Of a stretch of 64,000 bases of DNA, positions 10,090 through 18,752 are shown in pieces (the first letter of the stretch is position 1; the number at the start of each line of letters is the position of its first letter). The DNA comes from Pyrinomonadaceae bacterium. Its GTDB lineage: Bacteria > Acidobacteriota > Blastocatellia > Pyrinomonadales > Pyrinomonadaceae. Made by a program: the position numbers and the translations under genes. Below the pieces are notes generated by a model, which was given only the letters and a program-made list of their open reading frames with translations, searched no databases and was not told where the DNA came from. The stretch is taken from NCBI GenBank assembly GCA_041751355.1, contig JBGSXN010000044.1, forward strand, positions 127 to 64,126. Reading direction: 5' to 3'.

Positions 10090-10776
10090 ATGAACTCGTA
10101 TATAAAAGCGGTCACGTCACTAGATGCTGAAAGGGTGGACGAACTCATCACTCACAAACCCAGCTGGCTGAACTGGTCGGAGCGTTCGGGAAAGAACGCT
10201 CTTCATTATCTTTGCGGCACAAAAGTTGACGGAGCAGATTCAAAGACTTCGCTTAAAATTCTAAAGCTTCTTCTGGACATGGGCATGGATATCAACTCGG
10301 TCCACCTGGTCGAGGACGGAAAGTGTGATTTTCCGGCTACGCCGCTCTGGTACGCGTACACTAAGGGGAGGAACGAGCCGCTTTATCGTTATCTGCTGGA
10401 GCGCGGTGCTGACCCGGACAACTGCTGGTGGGCGATAGCTTGGTATGACGATGTCGAGGCCGCCGAGCTTTTTCTAAGCCACGGCGCGAAGCTGGACAAG
10501 GAGCTGCTCGACAATACGTTCGTTACGGCAATATATGGCAAGCAATATAATTTCGCGTGGTGGGCGCTCGACTGCGGAGCCGATATCAACAGCTTTGCCC
10601 CCCAGGATGTGAACGCACTGATGATCGCCGTCAAGCGAAAGGACGAGGGCCTCATCAACCGGCTGATCTCTTTCGGGGCCGATCCGGACGCCAAGAACGA
10701 AGACGGGGAATCGGCCCGGAGCATCGCCGAGAAACGCGGTCCGAAGCGGTTGGCAAAAATGTTGCCCGACAATTAA
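10090..10776 (+). CDS. ankyrin repeat protein
   Basis: Shows repeated G.NALH/TPL..A...G....v..LL..GAD patterns. Confidence 0.75.
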   Translation: MNSYIKAVTSLDAERVDELITHKPSWLNWSERSGKNALHYLCGTKVDGADSKTSLKILKLLLDMGMDINSVHLVEDGKCDFPATPLWYAYTKGRNEPLYRYLLERGADPDNCWWAIAWYDDVEAAELFLSHGAKLDKELLDNTFVTAIYGKQYNFAWWALDCGADINSFAPQDVNALMIAVKRKDEGLINRLISFGADPDAKNEDGESARSIAEKRGPKRLAKMLPDN

Positions 10777-10868
10777 CAATTGCAGATGCCTATTCAACGG
10801 GATCGATTTGCCGAACCGAAAGTAGCTTGTACGGAATCAAGCCATCTGTTTTCAATGAGGTGACGAGA

Positions 10869-11414
10869 ATGAATGACCTTTGGACATTAACCCTTCACCA
10901 TTTGAACGAAGGAAACTTCACTGCCCTTGAAGATGCTCTCGGCGGCCCCGAGGCCTTTGATCAAAAGATTGTCGAGTGGTTCGCGGCTGGTAAATTCGAT
11001 GGCCGCGACGAGATGCTTGCCGAAGCATTGACTTGTGCGTGCATGCTCGGACGCACTTCGACGGCGGCATACCTCATTGACAACGGCGTCGATCCATATT
11101 CGGGAATGAAGACATGGCTCGCGGGGCCGCATTATGCCGTAAGCAGCGGCCATCTCGAAACCGTTCGTTTGCTGATCGATAAGGGCATTTCTCTTGAAGT
11201 CAGAAACCTGCATGGCGGCACATTACTCGGTCAGGCGTTGTGGTCGGTCGTCAATGAATACAAGCCGGACCACGCGGCTATCATCGAGAGTCTGATCGAG
11301 GCAGGTGCCAATATTAAGCCGGGAACCCTTGAGTGGTGGGGCACGCAGGATCCTCCTTCGGCAACCATCAAGCAGCGCGTGGCTGATGCCCTTAAGGCTG
11401 CAAACGACCAATAA
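10869..11414 (+). CDS. ankyrin repeat protein
   Basis: Internal ATG of ORF 10557..11414 (MNDLWTL...). The upstream extension overlaps the previous gene and is Arg/Gly-rich nonsense. Ankyrin pattern: GHLETVRLLIDKGISLEV. Confidence 0.7.
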   Translation: MNDLWTLTLHHLNEGNFTALEDALGGPEAFDQKIVEWFAAGKFDGRDEMLAEALTCACMLGRTSTAAYLIDNGVDPYSGMKTWLAGPHYAVSSGHLETVRLLIDKGISLEVRNLHGGTLLGQALWSVVNEYKPDHAAIIESLIEAGANIKPGTLEWWGTQDPPSATIKQRVADALKAANDQ

Positions 11415-11415
11415 C

Positions 11416-11784
11416 ATGGAACGAAAGGTTGTCCATACTCGTCATGTCCTTGCCGTAAAGGACTTATCGATCTCAGCGGCTTACTTCAAGGACAAGCTGA
11501 GTTTTGATCTAGACTTTACGGCTCCGGGTTGGGAGTTTCTATCATTCGGCGAATTCAAGGTGATGCTAGGCGAATGCTCGGACGCAATGTTGGCACGGGA
11601 GACCGGCGACCATTCGTACTTCGCCCACGTGCTGGTCGAAAATGTCGATCAGGTATATACCGAATTCAACGAACGCGGGGCGGAGATCATATCAAGGATC
11701 GAGAACAAACCCTGGGGAATACGGGAATTTTGCACCGTCACGCCGGACGGGCATCGGATAGTGTTCGGCCAATTGATGCAGTGA
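11416..11784 (+). CDS. VOC family (glyoxalase/bleomycin-resistance fold) protein
   Basis: Starts at the ATG at 11416, 2 nt after the previous stop. Size is about 122 aa, with VLAVKDLSISAAYFKDKLSFDLDF...WGIREFCTVTPDGHRIVFGQ. Confidence 0.75.
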   Translation: MERKVVHTRHVLAVKDLSISAAYFKDKLSFDLDFTAPGWEFLSFGEFKVMLGECSDAMLARETGDHSYFAHVLVENVDQVYTEFNERGAEIISRIENKPWGIREFCTVTPDGHRIVFGQLMQ

Positions 11785-11844
11785 AGCTCAGGAACTTTAT
11801 AGGCTTAGTTCTGGTTGCACCGCCCAGTAACTACGAAAAATAAA

Positions 11845-12243
11845 ATGTCTATACAAATAACCTACCTTACACCCCTGATCGAGGTATTTAACATGCGTCG
11901 GTCACTGGAATTCTATCGTGACATTCTAGGCTTTGAGGTCCATATGGATTCGGGTGGCGGTGACGATGCGAGTTGGGTCTGGATCACCAAAGACGGAACG
12001 CATCTAATGCTCAACGATCAGTACGAGCCTGGGCACGTTCCCGCTGCCCCGCCTGATGAACGCACAAAATGGCATAAAGACACCTGCCTTTATCTAGGAT
12101 GCGCTGACCCGGACGCCATCTTCGAATTTCTCCGATCCAAGGGCGTGGGCCTCGATCCGCCCACCGTTACTTCCTATGGAATGAAGCACCTATATCTGAA
12201 AGATCCCGACGGATACGGTATTTGCTTTCAGTGCCCGGCCTGA
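11845..12243 (+). CDS. VOC family (glyoxalase-like) protein
   Basis: Starts at the ATG at 11845. Shows LIEVFNMRRSLEFYRDILGFEV...LYLKDPDGYGICFQ. Confidence 0.75.
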   Translation: MSIQITYLTPLIEVFNMRRSLEFYRDILGFEVHMDSGGGDDASWVWITKDGTHLMLNDQYEPGHVPAAPPDERTKWHKDTCLYLGCADPDAIFEFLRSKGVGLDPPTVTSYGMKHLYLKDPDGYGICFQCPA

Positions 12244-12303
12244 AACCGTTGTTTCGCCGCGCCCCGATCACATTGAGGCTAAACTGTTTATCAGGAGAAA
12301 CAA

Positions 12304-12672
12304 ATGAAGATAACTTGCATTTCAACGCAATTGCGCACCACGGATATGCAATCCTCTATCAGTTTTTACACCGAGAAACTTGGGTTCGATCTAGATTTCA
12401 GATACGAGGAGTTTTACGCCGGCGTCCGAGCGGGCAGCCAGATCATCCATCTTAAACTAGTTTCTGAGAAGGATCCCTCGATCGACTATGTAGTCGAAAG
12501 CGGACACTTGCATCTTTACTTTGAAACCAGTGATGTAGCAGCATTTGCCGATAAGCTAAAGGCCAGCGGCTTGCCGATGGTTAAAGAAGTACATGAAACC
12601 GCGTGGCAAACCAGGGAATTTGTTATCCACGACGACCAAGGCCACACATTGTATTTTGGCGAGCCCTTGTAA
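12304..12672 (+). CDS. VOC family (glyoxalase/bleomycin-resistance fold) protein
   Basis: Shows LRTTDMQSSISFYTEKLGFDLDF...WQTREFVIHDDQGHTLYFGE. This is the third tandem paralogue. Confidence 0.75.
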   Translation: MKITCISTQLRTTDMQSSISFYTEKLGFDLDFRYEEFYAGVRAGSQIIHLKLVSEKDPSIDYVVESGHLHLYFETSDVAAFADKLKASGLPMVKEVHETAWQTREFVIHDDQGHTLYFGEPL

Positions 12673-12924
12673 CGTTTCCCACACGCCCTCCGCTGATGCC
12701 GACCGTTACCGCTGCTTGCTAGGTAATTCTGAATGGAGATTAGATGGAAGAAAAAAGGCAATTTTCAAGTCTAATAGTTAGGTTAAGTATCCTGACACTC
12801 CATCGCGGGGCGGGAGGCCGATGGCTAATCGCGGCTGACCTGGATGGGGCGATCCGACCATAGCGCCGACGGTTCATGCATCTGATACGCCCTAACACAG
12901 TCACAGTTTTAAGGGGGTTTTCTA

Positions 12925-13902
12925 ATGAGAAGCTTATGTCGAACGCCATCGTGGACGATCGTATTATCAATCTTTTTTACCGTTTTCACTACCGCGTGTA
13001 ATGCTGCCTCGCCTCTCGAACAAATTGTTGAGACGGAGCAGACCGAAACCGCTCATAAAGATGGGATCAATGCCGTCGCGTTTGCACCTGATGCTCGAAG
13101 GGTCGCAACTGGGGGCAACGACAATGCGGTTAAGGTGTGGGATGCCCGGACCCGCCAGTTGCTGCAAACATTTGAAGGACATACTCGTGCCGTATCGTCG
13201 TTGGCATTTTCACCTGATGGGAAAACTCTTGCAAGCGGGAGCTTTGATCAAACGGCAAAACTTTGGGACGTGGTTTCAGGAAAGTTAAAGCTCACGATCT
13301 CGAATCATCCATCTGGTCAAGTCAAAGGCTTAAGCTTTTCGCCGGATGGGAAGATACTCGCAGGTGCCGGTGACAAAGGGGTGAGGGTCTGGGTTGTAGA
13401 GACCGGGAAACAGTTGCTGTTTCTTTCAAGCGATCGAGGCGTTTTGACAGTTGCCTTCTCCCCCGACGGTCAGATTCTTGCAGGCGGTGGAGGATCGGGA
13501 GTCCGGCTGTGGGATACACAGGACGGCAAAATGCTGCGGCATTTACAGGGATCTGAGCCCGAGTTATTAACCTCTCTCGCTTTTTCACCGGATCGACACA
13601 TGCTGGCGAGTGGGGGAAACCGCCGGATAATTAAACTTTGGGATGTTAAAACGGGAAAGTTGACCGGCACTATCGATCCGAAAGGAGACATCATCAGGTC
13701 AATGGCTTTTTCATCAGACGGCAGAACATTAGCCGTTGCCGATCGAACCTCAGCCCGACTTTGGAACATTGAGAAGAGCCAAGTGCAAGAGGTGTTAAAT
13801 AGTGATGTTCCTTTGCTTTCCGTTACCTTGTCATCTCAGGGTGCAATTTGGGCAGGCGGCGGTGCTGATGGGACGCTTAGGCTGTGGACTTTCAAACGCT
13901 AG
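12925..13902 (+). CDS. secreted WD40 repeat (beta-propeller) protein
   Basis: Has a signal peptide and about 7 repeats of the form GH...V.SLAFSPDG..LASGS.D...KLWD. Confidence 0.85.
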   Translation: MRSLCRTPSWTIVLSIFFTVFTTACNAASPLEQIVETEQTETAHKDGINAVAFAPDARRVATGGNDNAVKVWDARTRQLLQTFEGHTRAVSSLAFSPDGKTLASGSFDQTAKLWDVVSGKLKLTISNHPSGQVKGLSFSPDGKILAGAGDKGVRVWVVETGKQLLFLSSDRGVLTVAFSPDGQILAGGGGSGVRLWDTQDGKMLRHLQGSEPELLTSLAFSPDRHMLASGGNRRIIKLWDVKTGKLTGTIDPKGDIIRSMAFSSDGRTLAVADRTSARLWNIEKSQVQEVLNSDVPLLSVTLSSQGAIWAGGGADGTLRLWTFKR

Positions 13903-13954
13903 TTTTCGCCGGTGATATACCAAGAAATTACGAACCGAGAATGAGAAAAAACTG

Positions 13955-13986
13955 TTGACTCTGTACCTATGTACAGGCCTTATACT
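13955..13986 (+). promoter_or_regulatory. MerR-type promoter with over-long spacer and palindromic operator
   Basis: -35 TTGACT (13955-13960), perfect palindrome CTGTAC-CTAT-GTACAG (13961-13976), -10 TATACT (13981-13986). The 20-nt spacer is of the type activated by MerR-family DNA distortion. Confidence 0.6.
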
Positions 13987-14010
13987 GATCGCAAGGAGAC
14001 GAGAGGTAGT

Positions 14011-14409
14011 ATGAGAATCGGTGAGGTTGCCGCAAGCGCCGGGGTTAATATTCAGACAGTTCGCTTCTATGAACGGCGTGGTTTATTACAAGAACCGCCG
14101 CGCTTACCGTCAGGTTATCGAGTCTATCAGGATCAGACGCCAGCCTTGATACGCTTCATTAAGCAGGCCCAATCCGTCGGCTTCACTCTCAATGAGATTC
14201 GAGAGTTGCTACAGCTCAGAAATGGGCGGGTCGGCAACGCAAGCCAGCTGCGATCGATCGGGGAAGCAAAGATCCGTGCGCTCGATGATGAAATCCAGCG
14301 GTTGATCGAGGCGCGAGACGTTCTGAGCCAATTATTGAATGCGTGCAATTGCTCCGATGGGGGCAGCGAATGCACTGTTACCATCGGTCGCCGTGAAAGA
14401 CACCTATGA
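14011..14409 (+). CDS. MerR family transcriptional regulator, CueR-like metal-loop (C112, C121, S78)
   Basis: MRIGEVAASAGVNIQTVRFYERRGLL is a MerR HTH. A coiled-coil follows, then NACNCSDGGSEC. I use the ATG at 14011 with an upstream GAGAGG, because the track ORF starts earlier inside the promoter. Confidence 0.85.
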   Translation: MRIGEVAASAGVNIQTVRFYERRGLLQEPPRLPSGYRVYQDQTPALIRFIKQAQSVGFTLNEIRELLQLRNGRVGNASQLRSIGEAKIRALDDEIQRLIEARDVLSQLLNACNCSDGGSECTVTIGRRERHL

Positions 14410-14648
14410 AAGGATTTCCACTAATTCTGAAGATCGCAATCGCCCTAACGTTTTTCAACACCTGGGTACTCATTGCCGAGTTTGTCATTGATCGATACGG
14501 CTTTGACAAGTACTTGCCGTTCTATCGGTATGGCGACGTATGCGTGTGGGAAATTGCTGTGATCGCTGGAATAATCGTGCTGTTAGTCATCGGGTCTCGC
14601 TTTCCGCGTGACAAGCCCAACGGAGATGGAAGTTCGGGGGTCGCATAG
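14406..14648 (+). CDS. small membrane protein (2 predicted TM helices), unknown function
   Basis: The start overlaps the MerR stop in an ATGA arrangement. The hydrophobic segments are LILKIAIALTFFNTWVLIAEFVI and VCVWEIAVIAGIIVLLVIG. Confidence 0.5.
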   Translation: MKGFPLILKIAIALTFFNTWVLIAEFVIDRYGFDKYLPFYRYGDVCVWEIAVIAGIIVLLVIGSRFPRDKPNGDGSSGVA

Positions 14649-14675
14649 GAACGAACTCTTAAGTAGAGAAAACCC

Positions 14676-15581
14676 ATGGAAGCCAACCCACAACCGAAGT
14701 CCATTCTTCAGCTGTCTGTGGGGACAGATGAGATGTATGGGGCTTTTAGCACTGATTGTTCATATTTGGCGACGGGCGGGGATGGAGCCAAACCAAAGGT
14801 ACAGATCTGGGATGTCGAGGATGGAACTTGTTTGCACACGCTTTTCGGCCATGCTGAACCGGTTTCGGCTTTAACCTGGAGTAACGATCAGAAGTACTTA
14901 GCCTCAGGCGCATTCGATCGGAGCATTCGGCTTTGGGATGTCGGATCGGGCGAATGTCTAAGTGTTCTAGCAGGGCACCGAGGGTACGTTCGCTCGTTAG
15001 ACTTTAGCAAGTCTCCCAATCATCTCCTGGCTGGTTCAGGTGATGGCGTTATCCGTCTGTGGGAGTGGGACTCCAATAGAATACTTCAGGCATTCGAGGG
15101 TCATACCGACGGGGTTTATCATGCGGTTTTCGATGCGTCCCAGACCCGTGTGCTGTCAGGCGGTCGAGATGGAACCATCAGGCTGTGGGATGTCAGCAGC
15201 GGAAGTTGTCTACAGATTATCAATGGTCATCGAGTCCACGTCCAATGTCTCGCCTGGCATTCGGATCAGCGGCGGTTTCTTTCCTGCGCGAGCGATATCC
15301 GGCTCTGGGACCTACAAAGCGGAGAGTGCGTTCGCGTGTTCACGGGTCACGAAGATACGATCAGGTCAGTGCAGTGGAGTGCGGATCAGCTCAACCTAAT
15401 ATCGGCTGCTCACGACCGTACTGTTCGCGTATGGGATGCGGAGACCGGCGAGTGTCTGCGAGTGTTTGAGGGGCATGAGGCCGGCGTTGTTGCCGCGGCC
15501 TTTAGCCCGGATCAACAGCTCGTGTTCTCATGCGATTGGAGCGGCGGTGTCCGTGCATGGGACCTTACGGAGGGCGAATAA
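14676..15581 (+). CDS. WD40 repeat protein (cytoplasmic)
   Basis: About 7 WD repeats (GH...V..L.WS.D...LASG..D.SIRLWD). No signal peptide. Confidence 0.85.
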   Translation: MEANPQPKSILQLSVGTDEMYGAFSTDCSYLATGGDGAKPKVQIWDVEDGTCLHTLFGHAEPVSALTWSNDQKYLASGAFDRSIRLWDVGSGECLSVLAGHRGYVRSLDFSKSPNHLLAGSGDGVIRLWEWDSNRILQAFEGHTDGVYHAVFDASQTRVLSGGRDGTIRLWDVSSGSCLQIINGHRVHVQCLAWHSDQRRFLSCASDIRLWDLQSGECVRVFTGHEDTIRSVQWSADQLNLISAAHDRTVRVWDAETGECLRVFEGHEAGVVAAAFSPDQQLVFSCDWSGGVRAWDLTEGE

Positions 15582-15667
15582 AAGGTTGTGCGGCGAGGAC
15601 TGATCGTGAAACTCGGCGATGCGGTGACCAGCGGAGATGGTTTGATGTTAATAAGGAGCCAGGCCAC

Positions 15668-16108
15668 ATGGACATCTCGGTTAAGCGGCTAAGCCAAGGC
15701 GATGAATCGACGCTTGTCGAGATCGTACACCATTGCAAGATGCGTTCGATCAGCTTTGAGTACGCCGGTCGACTCTTGGCAAACCCACTAAACTTTTTTG
15801 TTGTCGCAGAGCACAAACAGGATCCGGTCGGTTTTGTTTGGGGCTACCTACTTGAGCGTATTGACCGAGATCAGCATCAGCTATTTATCTATGAGGTTGA
15901 GGTATTCCCAGATGCACGGAGAAAAGGCGTGGGAGCCTCACTAATGAACTTTGTCGCTGAATATACAAAAGAACACCACTTGCTGGAAGCTTTTGTGCTT
16001 ACTGATTTGGACAACTCACCTGCCCGAGGTCTCTACCAGAGCACCGGTGGAACACAAGCAGAGGGCTTCCCCTCCATCTACATATATGATGGTGGTGCGC
16101 CCTACTAA
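15668..16108 (+). CDS. GNAT family N-acetyltransferase
   Basis: Internal ATG at 15668 (MDISVKRL...). The acetyl-CoA motif context is VEVFPDARRKGVGASLMNFV. Confidence 0.75.
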   Translation: MDISVKRLSQGDESTLVEIVHHCKMRSISFEYAGRLLANPLNFFVVAEHKQDPVGFVWGYLLERIDRDQHQLFIYEVEVFPDARRKGVGASLMNFVAEYTKEHHLLEAFVLTDLDNSPARGLYQSTGGTQAEGFPSIYIYDGGAPY

Positions 16109-16146
16109 TTAATTCATGCCGACGCAGCCTCGCGTATGAATGTGCG

Positions 16147-17007
16147 ATGGATATTGAATCGGAAATTATCGATGCGATGTTCGCCAATCATGGCGTGCCA
16201 GGACCGTGGACCGCCCTGCCGTCTACCGGGGTGGCCAATCGTATCTACGCGACGCGAGATGTGGTGTTGCGCGTTGCGACCGATCATCCGGAGGGAGTGT
16301 CGGACGCACGGACGGAATCGGTCGCCGCTCCGTTGGCTCGCGCGGCCGGCATTCTGACGCCTCGGTTGATCGCCTTTGATGACACCCGGACCCTGGTGAA
16401 CCGTCCCTACTCGCTGTGGGAACGGGTGCATGGGGAAACCCTCGGTTTGTCCAGCTTATCACCCCGTCATTTGAGCGATGTGTGGCGATCGGTCGGTCGA
16501 GAACTCGCCAGGCTGCATTTGCGAGTCCGAGAATGTGCCGACCCAGACGGCTACCTTGACGAGACCGCACGCGATCAAGATGTACATCGGGTTTTGAGGC
16601 GCTTGGTCGACGCGGATAAGCTCGACATCGAAACGTCCGAAAGAGTTGAAAGGTTAGCGGAAGAACTCCGCCCGTATATCAAGTCAGATATCGAGATGCG
16701 CTTCATTCACGACGACATCCATCCGATGAACATAATGTGCTCAGAATCAGGTGAATTGATGGCCATCATCGACTGGGGCGACGCAGGTTGGGGCGATCCG
16801 ACTCTGGACTTCGCGGCGATTCCGCTTAATGCAGTGTCGAGCGCTCTGGAGGGATACGAGGCGGAGGCACCGGGGAATTTGGGTGAGTTTCCTGAAGTCC
16901 GGATCGCGTGGAACAAGGTGCTCGACGCCATAGCCGATCGGTGGGAGAGCCCTGAGACACCGCTCGATGTTGAGGCGCTGCGACGGTTTGCGCGAGCAGG
17001 CCTCTAA
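16147..17007 (+). CDS. aminoglycoside/choline-kinase-type phosphotransferase (APH family)
   Basis: Brenner motif HDDIHPMNIM and IDWGDAGWGDP. Confidence 0.8.
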   Translation: MDIESEIIDAMFANHGVPGPWTALPSTGVANRIYATRDVVLRVATDHPEGVSDARTESVAAPLARAAGILTPRLIAFDDTRTLVNRPYSLWERVHGETLGLSSLSPRHLSDVWRSVGRELARLHLRVRECADPDGYLDETARDQDVHRVLRRLVDADKLDIETSERVERLAEELRPYIKSDIEMRFIHDDIHPMNIMCSESGELMAIIDWGDAGWGDPTLDFAAIPLNAVSSALEGYEAEAPGNLGEFPEVRIAWNKVLDAIADRWESPETPLDVEALRRFARAGL

Positions 17008-17013
17008 CAACAG

Positions 17014-17058
17014 AATCTGATCCACACCGATTACCAGAATTACATCCCCCTCGGATAG
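17014..17058 (+). pseudogene. 3'-terminal remnant (14 codons + stop) of an AraC-family gene
   Basis: NLIHTDYQNYIPLG* at 17014-17058 matches the end of the intact AraC gene (AKIRTNYQNYIPVG*, 6588-6629). The similarity extends about 15-35 nt past the stop (GGAAAACTTTTTT vs GGTAAATTTTTT). Confidence 0.55.
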
Positions 17059-17110
17059 GTAAATTTTTTCCAATACACACAAATGCGAGAACACATATCA
17101 TTGCTTCGCT

Positions 17111-17515
17111 ATGGAAAATCTATACATAAATCACATTGCGGTATTAGTCTGCGCGGTAATGAGCCTCGTGATCGGCGGCCTATGGTGGTCGCCTCTGCTA
17201 TTTGCTAAAGCCTGGCAAAAAGAGACCGGTCTTAGCGATGAACAGCTAAAACAGATGAACCCGGCCGTAACCTTTGGCCTGACGTTCCTGTTTGCCTATC
17301 TGGCGTCATACAACCTCGCATTTTTTCTCGGTGCTCCCGGAACAACGTGGCAGTGGGGCGTCGGTGCCGGACTTCTCGCAAGCATCTGGGCGATCACAAT
17401 GTACATTATCATCAGCCTGTTTGAACAAAGGTCGCTCAAACATATCCTGATCAATTCAGGCTACATCGCGGTATACTTCGCCGTGATCGGCTTTATTCTC
17501 GGCATCTGGAGATAG
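17111..17515 (+). CDS. DUF1761-like integral membrane protein
   Basis: 134 aa with 4 hydrophobic helices. The N-terminus INHIAVLVCAVMSLVIGGLWWSPLLFAKAW is typical of DUF1761. Confidence 0.55.
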   Translation: MENLYINHIAVLVCAVMSLVIGGLWWSPLLFAKAWQKETGLSDEQLKQMNPAVTFGLTFLFAYLASYNLAFFLGAPGTTWQWGVGAGLLASIWAITMYIIISLFEQRSLKHILINSGYIAVYFAVIGFILGIWR

Positions 17516-17527
17516 CATCTCCCTTTA

Positions 17528-17562
17528 TGACTTCTGGCTTCTGACTTCTGACTTCTGACTTC
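17528..17562. repeat. tandem heptamer repeat (TGACTTC) x5
   Basis: TGACTTC TGGCTTC TGACTTC TGACTTC TGACTTC, read directly from the sequence. It sits between the DUF1761 stop (17515) and the next start (17570). Confidence 0.9.
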
Positions 17563-17569
17563 TAATCCT

Positions 17570-18142
17570 ATGGCACAAAAAACATCTGGCGAATTTGAAA
17601 AAGAATTTATGGACGGACTCAAAGGCGAGACCGGCAAAGACCTATCCGCGTGGATGAAGGTCCTCAACACCGCTCCGAGCAAAAAGCGCAACGAGGTCAT
17701 CGCATGGCTCAAATCCGAGCACGGTTTCGGCCACATGAACGCGTCGCTCCTTGCCGGCATTCAAGCCAATGGCGGAAAACCGGTGTATGCATCAACCGAT
17801 GACCTGCTGGAAAACCAGTTTGCAAAGGCCGCCGACATGCGTCCTCTCTATGATGCTCTTATGGATTTCGTAAAGAAAAATTTTCCCGCGTCCACCGTCC
17901 TGCCCAAAAAGACCTATGTCTCGATACTCGAGAACCGCGAATTCGGTGCCGTGAATATCAAACCAAAGGAGCTCAGGATCGGCTTCGATCTCGGCGATCG
18001 CCCTTTCGACGAATCAGCCGAAAAGGCAAAGCTCACCGGCCCGATGCCCCGCATATCGCATATGCGGGCGATCACTGATGCATCTCAATTGGACAGCAGA
18101 CTGGTCGAACTTCTTTGGGAATCTCATTCCCGCTGCCACTAG
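17570..18142 (+). CDS. DUF4287 + DUF5655-like protein
   Basis: The N-terminus ...TGKDLSAWMKVLNTAPSKKRNEVIAWLKSEHGFGHMNASLL matches my recollection of the DUF4287 pattern. Confidence 0.6.
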   Translation: MAQKTSGEFEKEFMDGLKGETGKDLSAWMKVLNTAPSKKRNEVIAWLKSEHGFGHMNASLLAGIQANGGKPVYASTDDLLENQFAKAADMRPLYDALMDFVKKNFPASTVLPKKTYVSILENREFGAVNIKPKELRIGFDLGDRPFDESAEKAKLTGPMPRISHMRAITDASQLDSRLVELLWESHSRCH

Positions 18143-18147
18143 GCAGG

Positions 18148-18615
18148 TTAACCCTCGCCGCCGTGAAGTTCCGCCGCCCGCCGGTTCATTTCGTCTGGAT
18201 CGATGTCTTCCTTATGAGTGGCAAAGGTCCACGTATGTCCGTACGGGTCTTTGATCATGCCCGAACGGTCGCCATAGAATTGGTCCTCCACGGGCCTGAC
18301 TACCTCGGCCCCCGCTGCGACCGCCTTTTCAACAAATCCATCGACGTCGGGAACATATACCATAAGTCCAACCGGTGAGCTTCCAACAGTTTGCGGGCTC
18401 ACGGCTCCCATCTCCGGGTGTTCGTCCGCCAGCATGAAGATCGCCCGGCCTATTTTCATTTCCGCATGGCCGACCTTACCCGGCTCACCCATGCGAAAGA
18501 TCTCCTCGGCCCCAAAAGCCTTTTTGTAAAACTCTATCGCCGAATCACAGTTCCGGCAGATCAGATAGGGTGTTACTCCCTCATAACCCTCCGGCACCCA
18601 CGGTACTTCTGACAT
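18148..18615 (-). CDS. VOC family protein, PhnB-like
   Basis: VTPYLICRNCDSAIEFYKKAFGAEE...GHAEMKIG...FMLADE...DPYGHTWTF. Confidence 0.75.
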   Translation of the reverse strand: MSEVPWVPEGYEGVTPYLICRNCDSAIEFYKKAFGAEEIFRMGEPGKVGHAEMKIGRAIFMLADEHPEMGAVSPQTVGSSPVGLMVYVPDVDGFVEKAVAAGAEVVRPVEDQFYGDRSGMIKDPYGHTWTFATHKEDIDPDEMNRRAAELHGGEG

Positions 18616-18752
18616 ATTAGATTGCCTCCTTTCTATTAAGTAGGTTGCAATTTAGCCTGTTTTAGCGTTAATCGTCAAAACACCCAGGTAATTTGAGTTA
18701 GATATGTGATCAAGCGTAAAATCGTTTAAACACGCATCAAGGAGTATCTCGT

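Noticed and set aside
10557-10868. N-terminal extension of ORF 10557-11414 overlapping the first ankyrin gene by about 220 nt.
   Set aside because: The extension is Arg/Gly-rich with no ankyrin pattern. The internal ATG at 10869 gives a clean ankyrin protein without overlap.
12800-12853. GC-rich stretch with two small hairpins (CCATCG...CGATGG and ATCGC...GCGAT) upstream of the secreted WD40 gene, considered as a riboswitch or leader.
   Set aside because: The stems are only 5-6 bp, and nothing resembles a riboswitch core I know. The evidence is too weak.
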